A stretch of DNA of 37,261 nucleotides from Pricia sp. (GTDB lineage: Bacteria; Bacteroidota; Bacteroidia; Flavobacteriales; Flavobacteriaceae). This document shows, one piece after another, positions 30,660-37,261 of this stretch (positions within the stretch are counted from its first letter, which is position 1; each line of letters begins with the position of its first letter). A program made the position numbers and the translations under genes. Where the stretch lies: positions 1-37,261 of the forward strand of contig JBATUY010000328.1 of the NCBI GenBank assembly GCA_049671465.1, in the 5' to 3' direction. Under the pieces are notes generated by a model. That model had not been told where the DNA came from and did not search any database. It saw nothing but the letters and a program-made list of their open reading frames with translations.

Positions 30660-30857
30660 TTTTTCAATTTTTATTTGTGTTTTAAAATATGCACCGACCG
30701 GTATCGTATGCTAGATGTTTCGAGGGGGTCAATGTACTAAATTTTTGCTGACAGAACCATAGGAAATTTAGAAATTGCCCGTTTATGGGTGATTTTTACA
30801 AGCTTATCGAACTTTATTTTACCAATTCAAGTTGCATTCGGTCAAAATACATCCGAA

Positions 30858-32156
30858 TTAATTGATTTTCCGCTTTCTGAACCACTGGTCGTTCAGCGAA
30901 AGACCAACGTTGATCTTGAAATAGCTCTCTTCAATCAGGTCTGCCGCGGATGTTCCCCTTCTTCCCAACTCGAAACCAAGGTTAAGGTTAGAAAAACTTC
31001 CGCCGAGCGGTAAACCTAAACCAAAAGTTATGCCAAGATTGTTTACATCCTTATCATTGATGACCATTCCGGTCTTTGCATATCGCACTCCCGCGCGATA
31101 GGTCATCCTTTTAAAATAGCTTTCGAAAGAGTTTCGGTCCGGTGTGATAAATCCTCCTAGGGCAAAAGTGCTGGCAGTATTGTATACCAAATTATCGAAT
31201 TGTAAAAATTCGTTCTCAAAATCGTCCAGTTGCTGGTAACTGTATTCGGCCCCTAAAAACCACTTCATATTTTCTCCGTACCCGATGCCCAAGGTTGTAG
31301 TCGTCGGTATTTTTACGCCGGTATCCTTTAGACCTTGGCCTTCAAGGTCTACATTGATGACCTCTATATCTTGTAGGTCGTTCGCAGATGATGACAATGA
31401 AACGGAACCGATCTGACGTGTGTTCCGTGACGATAGATTGGCTTGGGTGTTGACCCTTAAGGACGTGAAAAGTGTATGGTTCTCATCGATTGCCGGGGTA
31501 TAGTTTAGAGCGTAATTCAAATCAAAGCCTCCGATCCGCGATGATTTTTCATCTTTGGCACCGAACTGTACGCCCTCTGTTCTCTGAACTTCAAGCGTTT
31601 CTATCGTACCAAAATTATAGTTGGCCGTTACGCCCAGACTGACGTCCTTGATCAATTCGTAACCCAGTGAGACAAAGACTTTATTGAGACCTCCTTCACC
31701 TGAATATTCGTTCAATATTCTTGACCCTTCGGCACCCCGTAGTTCTTCAAAATTATATCCGACCGAGGAATAGGGCCGGATGCCGAAACCTAGACCCAAA
31801 CCTTTTTTGAGCGTTAACGCCAACGCCAGATAATCTAAGTTGGTTACCGCACTGCTCTGTTCTTCGGCAAAGCTCTTGAACCGTAATTGTTTGTGGGATA
31901 TGCCGGCCGTGTAGGTCGTAATGCCGAAATCGTCCCTTCCGCGAACACCGAGCTTACTGTATGCGGCCGGGTTCTTTAAATTGATATGAATACTATCTGC
32001 GTAGACGCCGATATCGCCCATCATTTGGTTTTCGACCGTTCCGGCCTCCCGGATGTCGCCAAGCCCAAAATATGAATACGGGGAAATTGAACCGTCTTGG
32101 GCGTACATGCCCGTTGCAATAAGGCAGGCTATGACGAAACCTATTTTTTTGATCAT
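30858..32156 (-). CDS. Outer-membrane beta-barrel protein (FadL/OmpP1-like, Bacteroidota type)
   Basis: Start at ATG 32156 gives signal peptide MIKKIGFVIACLIATGMYA. Contains SPYSYFGLG, NPAAY, PYSSVGY and alternating beta-strands. Confidence 0.75.
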   Translation of the reverse strand: MIKKIGFVIACLIATGMYAQDGSISPYSYFGLGDIREAGTVENQMMGDIGVYADSIHINLKNPAAYSKLGVRGRDDFGITTYTAGISHKQLRFKSFAEEQSSAVTNLDYLALALTLKKGLGLGFGIRPYSSVGYNFEELRGAEGSRILNEYSGEGGLNKVFVSLGYELIKDVSLGVTANYNFGTIETLEVQRTEGVQFGAKDEKSSRIGGFDLNYALNYTPAIDENHTLFTSLRVNTQANLSSRNTRQIGSVSLSSSANDLQDIEVINVDLEGQGLKDTGVKIPTTTTLGIGYGENMKWFLGAEYSYQQLDDFENEFLQFDNLVYNTASTFALGGFITPDRNSFESYFKRMTYRAGVRYAKTGMVINDKDVNNLGITFGLGLPLGGSFSNLNLGFELGRRGTSAADLIEESYFKINVGLSLNDQWFRKRKIN

Positions 32157-32252
32157 TGAATCGCTTTGGTTTAACTTGTCGAGCGACAAGCTGCTTCCCG
32201 AATTTCTTTTCTGCGGGCACTGGCCCCAAGATTTTATCGAATACTTGGGATA

Positions 32253-32981
32253 TTAATGTTTATTGTATTCCAAAAGATAGTTGAGCCCTTCCAAGAGGAA
32301 ATTTGAATGCGCAAATATGGTATTTTTTAGCCGCTTTGACAAAAATTGGGCATCGCCGCCTGTTAAAATAACTGTTAAATCTGTAAAGCGGGATCGATAC
32401 TGACCGATGACCCCGTCTATCTCCAGACGGATTCCGTTTACAACACCGCTATGTAGACTAGTTTCTGTAGAATTCCCAATAAAATCAACGGGTTCATCAG
32501 GCTGTAACAAGGGTAGTTTTGCGGTGAATTCCTGTAGCGACCTGTAGCGCATGTGAAGCCCAGGCGAAATGCCCCCACCGAGATATTCCCCATAATCGTT
32601 CACCATATCATAGGTCACACAAGTACCGGCATCGATGACCAAGGTATTGCCCTTCGGGTTATGGTAAAAAGCGGCGGTCGCCAAAGCGATTCGATCCATG
32701 CCCAAAGTCTGGGGCGTGGCATATGAATTTTTGAACGGTGTTCTTGATGTATGGGTCAATTCGTGTACTTCACAGAAAATGGCCAGTACCGCGATTACCT
32801 TGCGGTCAAGATTGGCCACTGACGAAACAATGCTTCGTTCTATTTGAGGATAGTGATCGCAAATTTCCTTGACCTGTCTGGCCGCATGTTCGGCCTCGGC
32901 GGTCTGATGGAAGATCATTTTCCGTCTATCGAAAATCGCTAGTTTTACCAGTCGGTTTCCCGCATCTATAATTAGGTTCAT
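32253..32981 (-). CDS. coaX: Type III pantothenate kinase
   Basis: Start at ATG 32981 (MNLIIDAGN). Contains LGMDR, LVIDAGTCVTYD, GGGISPG and ILTGGDA. Confidence 0.95.
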   Translation of the reverse strand: MNLIIDAGNRLVKLAIFDRRKMIFHQTAEAEHAARQVKEICDHYPQIERSIVSSVANLDRKVIAVLAIFCEVHELTHTSRTPFKNSYATPQTLGMDRIALATAAFYHNPKGNTLVIDAGTCVTYDMVNDYGEYLGGGISPGLHMRYRSLQEFTAKLPLLQPDEPVDFIGNSTETSLHSGVVNGIRLEIDGVIGQYRSRFTDLTVILTGGDAQFLSKRLKNTIFAHSNFLLEGLNYLLEYNKH

Positions 32982-33033
32982 GTCACAAAGATCAAAAAAC
33001 GAATAAAAACAAATGCCTTTTTTCTGCAATTTG

Positions 33034-33064
33034 TTTGTATATCGCAAAATTGAAATTATATTTG
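33034..33064 (+). promoter_or_regulatory. Bacteroidota primary-sigma promoter of tRNA-Phe (-33 TTTG, -7 TATATTTG)
   Basis: TTTG at 33034-33037, a 19-bp spacer, TATATTTG at 33057-33064; the tRNA starts 17 bp downstream. Confidence 0.8.
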
Positions 33065-33081
33065 CAGCCCCTTATAGGGAT

Positions 33082-33154
33082 GGTGCCTTAGCTCAGTTGG
33101 TAGAGCAATGGACTGAAAATCCATGTGTCCCTGGTTCGATTCCTGGAGGCACCA
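33082..33154 (+). tRNA. tRNA-Phe (GAA)
   Basis: 73-nt cloverleaf: acceptor GGTGCCT/AGGCACC+A, D arm GCTCAGTTGGTAGAGC, anticodon stem ATGGA/TCCAT with GAA at 33115-33117, T loop TTCGATT. CCA is not encoded. Confidence 0.98.
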
Positions 33155-33155
33155 C

Positions 33156-33187
33156 AAAAAATCCTTACCCCGCGTAAGGATTTTTTT
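33156..33187 (+). terminator. Rho-independent terminator after tRNA-Phe
   Basis: AAAAAATCCTTAC / GTAAGGATTTTTT inverted repeat with a 5-nt loop and T tract. Confidence 0.85.
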
Positions 33188-33221
33188 GTTTTTACGGAGT
33201 ATATTGCATAAAACTTCCGTT

Positions 33222-34193
33222 TTGACGACCGTAGATATCTCGACCCCGATTCCCGAGTTGCAGGCGTACCTTCGCGAGAAGGAATGGTTGGTTTCCGGGG
33301 AAAACATCACCGCGATAGAGAAGCCCGGAGAGGGCAACATGAACGTTGTGCTGCGCGTGGTAACCGATCAACGCTCTTTCATTCTCAAGCAATCTCGACC
33401 TTATGTCGAAAAATATCAAGATATCGAGGCCCCGGTGAAGCGTATAGCCGTAGAAAAGAATTTTTATCAGGCAGTTCGGGACAATGCGGTGAACGCCCAT
33501 ATTCCTAGTATCTTAGGATACGATTCCGAAGAAAACTTGCTCCTTCTTGAAGATTTGGGCCATTGTGAGGACATGGTCTCCATCTATCATCGAAGAACCA
33601 TAGCGGCCAAAGAATTGGATAGACTAGTTTTTATATTGGGTCTTATTCACAGGAAAGATGTGAAGGATGACTTTCCGGACAACCTTGAAATGCGAGAGCT
33701 CAACCACCAGCATATATTCGTACTTCCCTTTCTTGAGGATAATGGTTTTGATCTCGACGAGGTGCAACCTGGTCTACAAGAACTTTCTGTTCCGTTTAAA
33801 ACGGATATTGCGCTCAAGTCGGTCGTCGAGACAATCGGAGCCCAATATTTATCCCCCGGGGAAACCTTACTTCACGGCGACTACTATCCCGGAAGTTGGA
33901 TGACCGAAGCCGACAACCTTTATGTTATCGATCCAGAATTTGCCTTTCCCGGTTTTGCGGAGTTCGATCTGGGCATTATGGCGGCCCACCTCATCATGGC
34001 CACCGGAAAAAAGGAATATTTAAATCAGGTTTTTAATAAATATCAAGGGGAAGCCGATAAAAAACTCACAGGTCAAGTGGCCGGTATCGAAATCGTTCGC
34101 CGTTTGATCGGCTTGGCGCAGTTGCCACTAGACCGCGATATTGACGAAAAACGAAAGTTGTTGAAAAAGGCGCGAAGGCTGATAATGGGATAA
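33222..34193 (+). CDS. APH/choline-kinase-fold phosphotransferase, 5-methylthioribose kinase (MtnK)-like
   Basis: GEGNMNVVLRV, FILKQSRPYV, LLHGDYYPGS and VIDPEFAF parallel the MtnK motifs GDGNxN, KQAxPY, HGDLHxGS and IDPEFAF. Start moved to TTG 33222 because the ORF-track start lies inside the tRNA. Confidence 0.8.
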   Translation: MTTVDISTPIPELQAYLREKEWLVSGENITAIEKPGEGNMNVVLRVVTDQRSFILKQSRPYVEKYQDIEAPVKRIAVEKNFYQAVRDNAVNAHIPSILGYDSEENLLLLEDLGHCEDMVSIYHRRTIAAKELDRLVFILGLIHRKDVKDDFPDNLEMRELNHQHIFVLPFLEDNGFDLDEVQPGLQELSVPFKTDIALKSVVETIGAQYLSPGETLLHGDYYPGSWMTEADNLYVIDPEFAFPGFAEFDLGIMAAHLIMATGKKEYLNQVFNKYQGEADKKLTGQVAGIEIVRRLIGLAQLPLDRDIDEKRKLLKKARRLIMG

Positions 34194-34210
34194 AACATCA
34201 AAGATTTAAA

Positions 34211-34252
34211 CACTTTTCATTTCTCAATTTTCGTTTTTCCCTTTTCACTTTT
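34211..34252 (+). repeat. Degenerate heptamer tandem repeat (consensus CANTTTT, 6 units)
   Basis: CACTTTT CATTTCT CAATTTT CGTTTTT CCCTTTT CACTTTT, intergenic between the kinase and ARH genes. Confidence 0.7.
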
Positions 34253-34279
34253 CAATCAGGTTCTTAACGGAGAGATGTT

Positions 34280-35578
34280 TTGAAGTACACTATAACTTTT
34301 TTTTTAGCCCTGCTGATGGCAGTCTCCTGTAAGGAAGACGACCGGGAGATAGACATCCCATCCCCTGAAAAATCCGGTTATGTCAACGAACGTTTAAAAT
34401 TATCCGAAGAGCACTATTACGACAAAGTGCTGGGCGCACTGGTCGGCTCTGCCATCGGTGACGCCATGGGTGCCTCGACCGAGATGTGGCACCGCGAGGC
34501 CATTCAGCTGAAATACGGCTATATATCCGGACTTACCCCAGCAGTGCGCGAACAATCCCCCGAAGGCACTTGGGCCCATAATCTTACTGCCGGTGCCACC
34601 ACTGATGACACCCGCTGGAAACTCGCGATGGTCAAATACCTATCCCAGTACCAGAACAAATGGAACGCCGACAATTTCGCTAGCTTTATTTCGGACTATT
34701 ATGGCTCGCTAACACAAAGCCTTTCCAATGGCAATACCATTCCAAAAACGGATTTTCTGGACACCCAGATCAAAAAAATCGATTGGATCAAAGAATGGGC
34801 GCGCGTCGCCATGGCCTTTCGTGACAATCCCGATGCATATCAGAAGGCCCTGAACCGCTTTTACGGTGGTGAGATGTCCTGTGCCGGACAGTTGTACACG
34901 CCCATGTTCGGACTGGTAAGCGGTACTCCCGAAAAAGCCTACACTATCGCCTACGAGCACGCTATATTCGACATTGGCTACGCCAAGGATATTTCCGGAC
35001 TGGTATCCGCCATGACCCATACGGCCATGCGTACCCAAAGCGTCGATTCCATTCTCGATACGGCCACATTTATCGACCCCGAGGGCTATCAAGACAGCCG
35101 CCTGGTCGGGCGCATATCATATTCCATGGCCGATGCGGCCGTAAAAAATGTTCTGGCCGTCAAAGCCTTCGTACTAAAAGACACTTTGAGCACGGCGGAC
35201 TCCCTACTTTTCAAAATGCCCAAAAACTTTCCGGGCACCCAAAAAGATTGGGTACGCCAAGAATCGGTCTATCAATTTTTAGAAAAGGATAAAAAGGCCA
35301 TCGCCTTCCATTCCGGCGAAATTTGGCAGATATTGGTGACCGCCCTTCAATTCGGTGAGGGCGACTTTGAAAAGACCCTGCAGTTTATCGTGAATTATGG
35401 AAGGGACAACGACACCGTCGCCGCGGTCGCGGGAATGATTCTGGGGGCGAAGTGTGGCTATGCGAACCTTCCCTTAGGCCTGCGTACCGAGGTGCTTCGA
35501 GTAAGCAAGGAAAATATGGGTATCGATTTGGAAACCATGGCCCGCGAAATGACCGAACAGCATCCCGCCAATTTCTAA
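34280..35578 (+). CDS. ADP-ribosylglycohydrolase (ARH/DraG family) lipoprotein
   Basis: GALVGSAIGDAMGA, TTDDT and GRDNDTVAAVAG metal-binding motifs; lipoprotein signal MKYTITFFLALLMAVS-C; TTG start. Confidence 0.88.
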   Translation: MKYTITFFLALLMAVSCKEDDREIDIPSPEKSGYVNERLKLSEEHYYDKVLGALVGSAIGDAMGASTEMWHREAIQLKYGYISGLTPAVREQSPEGTWAHNLTAGATTDDTRWKLAMVKYLSQYQNKWNADNFASFISDYYGSLTQSLSNGNTIPKTDFLDTQIKKIDWIKEWARVAMAFRDNPDAYQKALNRFYGGEMSCAGQLYTPMFGLVSGTPEKAYTIAYEHAIFDIGYAKDISGLVSAMTHTAMRTQSVDSILDTATFIDPEGYQDSRLVGRISYSMADAAVKNVLAVKAFVLKDTLSTADSLLFKMPKNFPGTQKDWVRQESVYQFLEKDKKAIAFHSGEIWQILVTALQFGEGDFEKTLQFIVNYGRDNDTVAAVAGMILGAKCGYANLPLGLRTEVLRVSKENMGIDLETMAREMTEQHPANF

Positions 35579-35657
35579 TACGGATCTTCATTAAGCACTG
35601 TTCTTCATGTAGGCAATAATCTCAGGACAAATTTTTATCAGGATATTTTCAAGACCG

Positions 35658-35665
35658 TATCTTTG
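35658..35665 (+). promoter_or_regulatory. Bacteroidota -7 promoter element (TATCTTTG) upstream of the rhodanese gene
   Basis: Exact TAnnTTTG, 20 bp upstream of ATG 35686. Confidence 0.6.
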
Positions 35666-35685
35666 TAGAAAATTTGTTGAACTCC

Positions 35686-36192
35686 ATGCGGTTACTTTTA
35701 AACATTGCTCTTCTGTTAGCCTTACCCCTTTACGCGTCATCCCAGGGCAAAATGGACCGTACCCTGAAAAAGTATAACAAGGAAAGCATCCCTTACATTA
35801 CGGTGGATGCCCTTCACGGGATGAATCACGTAACGACCCTAGATACCCGTAAAAAGGAAGAATTTGAGGTAAGCCATCTCAAAGACGCCCTCTGGGTGGG
35901 ATTTAAGACCTTCGACTTAGCGGATATCACCTCAAAAATAACGGATAAAAGCACTGAAATTGTGGTGTACTGCTCCATTGGGGTGCGGTCGGAAAATATC
36001 GGGGAAAAGCTGAAGGATGCCGGGTATATCCATGTGAAAAATCTATATGGCGGTATTTTCGAATGGAAAAACCAAGGTTATCCCGTCTATGACACTCAAG
36101 ATAAAGAAACCGAAAAGGTACACGCCTTCAGCAAACATTGGGGCAAGCTGCTGAAAAAAGGGGAGAAGGTCTACGGTGACTATCCTGAGTAG
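35686..36192 (+). CDS. Exported rhodanese-like domain protein
   Basis: Signal peptide; LDTRKKEEFEVSHL, active-site loop VVYCSIGVRS and NLYGGIFEW. Confidence 0.9.
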   Translation: MRLLLNIALLLALPLYASSQGKMDRTLKKYNKESIPYITVDALHGMNHVTTLDTRKKEEFEVSHLKDALWVGFKTFDLADITSKITDKSTEIVVYCSIGVRSENIGEKLKDAGYIHVKNLYGGIFEWKNQGYPVYDTQDKETEKVHAFSKHWGKLLKKGEKVYGDYPE

Positions 36193-36234
36193 GCAGTTGC
36201 AGTCTCGGTCTAGGTCTCGGTCTCGGTCTCGGTC
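36193..36234 (+). repeat. Hexamer simple sequence repeat (TCGGTC-type, 7 units)
   Basis: GCAGTT GCAGTC TCGGTC TAGGTC TCGGTC TCGGTC TCGGTC, directly after the rhodanese stop. Confidence 0.85.
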
Positions 36235-36279
36235 AATTAATTCTTTAAATAATAATCCCTCAAAACATAAAAATTTTTA

Positions 36280-36951
36280 ATGGGCATCATCAACCAGAAA
36301 CAGCACAAACACGATAAAAAGACCATCCATTTTACGTTGGCATCCTCCAAAGACCTTTTGCTGATTTTTACGCGTAATCCCAAATTGGGCATGTGCAAAA
36401 CGCGCTTGGCGAAGACGGTCGGTGACGAGACGGCTTTAGATATCTATATCTTTTTGTTGGACCATACGGCTTCGATAACCCAGAATCTAAATGCGGCCAA
36501 ACAGGTCTGGTATTCCGAGGAGATTTGGGAAGACGATATTTGGGATGATGCCTTCTACGATAAACGACTACAGAAAGGTCGAGATTTGGGCATCCGAATG
36601 GCCAATGCCTTTCAAGAAGGTTTCGCATCGGGCTATGAGCGTATCCTAATTATGGGAAGCGATATGTTCGACCTTGACCAAAACGACCTCGAAAATGCCT
36701 TTGCCCAGCTCAAGCAAAATGATTTTGTGATAGGCCCTGCGGAAGATGGCGGATATTACCTCTTAGGAATGACATCTTTTAAGGCAAAGTTGTTTCAAAA
36801 TAAAAGTTGGGGCGAGAAAACCGTCTTGAAGGATACGCTTGAAGACCTAAAAGGCGAAAAACTCGCTATCTTAGAGAAACGGAACGATGTCGACGTGTAT
36901 GAAGATATTAAAGATAATCAGGCCTTTCAGCACTTTTTAAAGCATGTTTAG
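36280..36951 (+). CDS. DUF2064 / TIGR04282-like transferase (CofC-like nucleotidyltransferase fold; rSAM/selenodomain- or arsenosugar-associated)
   Basis: IFTRNPKLGMCKTRLA, QKGRDLGIRMANAF, MGSD, IGPAEDGGYYLLGM and NDVDVYED match family motifs as I recall them. Confidence 0.85.
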   Translation: MGIINQKQHKHDKKTIHFTLASSKDLLLIFTRNPKLGMCKTRLAKTVGDETALDIYIFLLDHTASITQNLNAAKQVWYSEEIWEDDIWDDAFYDKRLQKGRDLGIRMANAFQEGFASGYERILIMGSDMFDLDQNDLENAFAQLKQNDFVIGPAEDGGYYLLGMTSFKAKLFQNKSWGEKTVLKDTLEDLKGEKLAILEKRNDVDVYEDIKDNQAFQHFLKHV

Positions 36952-37139
36952 CGTTCTATGAATGCTGGGCCGCCGATTAATCTACCTGTATATCTTTCAA
37001 CTGGACTAAAATTTATTTCGAGAGAAAGCCGGTCATTGAAAGACAGCCCAAACATCCAACTTTTAACGCGAAACTTACCGGTTTAGATAAACTACCCGTT
37101 TCACAAGTCCGACTAAACCAAGAGTAACTAGACAATAAA

Positions 37140-37261
37140 ATGACACAAAAACAGCTCAAAGAATCTACCGCATACCTCCACGATAAGGGATTCGACGCCC
37201 CCGAAATTGGAATCGTCCTGGGCACGGGCCTCGGAAAACTGGCCGATGCTATCGAAGACCC
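37140..37261 (+). CDS. Purine-nucleoside phosphorylase (trimeric type), 3'-truncated by the window edge
   Basis: Not in the ORF track. ATG 37140 gives MTQKQLKESTAYLHDKGFDAPEIGIVLGTGLGKLADAIED, with the PNP N-terminal motif IGIVLG(T/S)GLG. Confidence 0.85.
   Translation, partial: MTQKQLKESTAYLHDKGFDAPEIGIVLGTGLGKLADAIED

Noticed and set aside
33123..33221. ORF-track N-terminal extension of the kinase (MCPWFDSWRHH...), plus the minus-strand ORF 33056-33340
   Set aside because: Both overlap tRNA-Phe and its terminator. TTG 33222 is the plausible start.
36958..37086. 42-codon ORF between the DUF2064 gene and PNP
   Set aside because: Short, with no motif or hydrophobic signal; cannot be supported from sequence alone.
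33082..37261. tRNA-Phe as the integration site of a genomic island
   Set aside because: No integrase, no duplicated tRNA 3' end within the window, and no obvious compositional shift. An att copy beyond the window edge cannot be excluded.
1..37261. CRISPR arrays, transposases, prophage or anti-phage defence genes
   Set aside because: I saw no regularly spaced 25-45-bp repeats and no ORF with integrase, transposase, phage or defence motifs.

Overview
A 37.3-kb window of mostly core chromosome from a Bacteroidota bacterium, probably Flavobacteriaceae, judged from gene content, gene order and TAnnTTTG promoters. From left to right it holds: the mreB-mreC-mreD-mrdA-rodA elongasome operon; a non-specific endonuclease; msrB; an orphan lipoprotein; a uxuB-like SDR with uxuA; prc; surE, a small membrane protein, lpxB and an NlpC/P60 lipoprotein; comEC; a POT peptide transporter with dipeptidyl peptidase IV; HMG-CoA reductase with a GHMP kinase; a minus-strand block (coaX, outer-membrane protein, TPR protein, lptC, small protein, CBS/HlyC protein, PpiD-like PPIase); and tRNA-Phe(GAA). 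After the tRNA is a co-oriented run of an MtnK-like kinase, a lipoprotein ADP-ribosylglycohydrolase, an exported rhodanese, a DUF2064/TIGR04282-like transferase and the start of a purine-nucleoside phosphorylase. The two main signals are (1) a single in-frame TAA at 3278-3280 that splits PBP2 between its catalytic motifs, and (2) the post-tRNA cluster, which reads as a possible pathway for 5'-modified ribosides (possibly arsenosugar-related) and includes a predicted surface-exposed ADP-ribosylhydrolase. I found no integrase, transposase or CRISPR array. All family assignments come from motif recognition by eye, not database searches.
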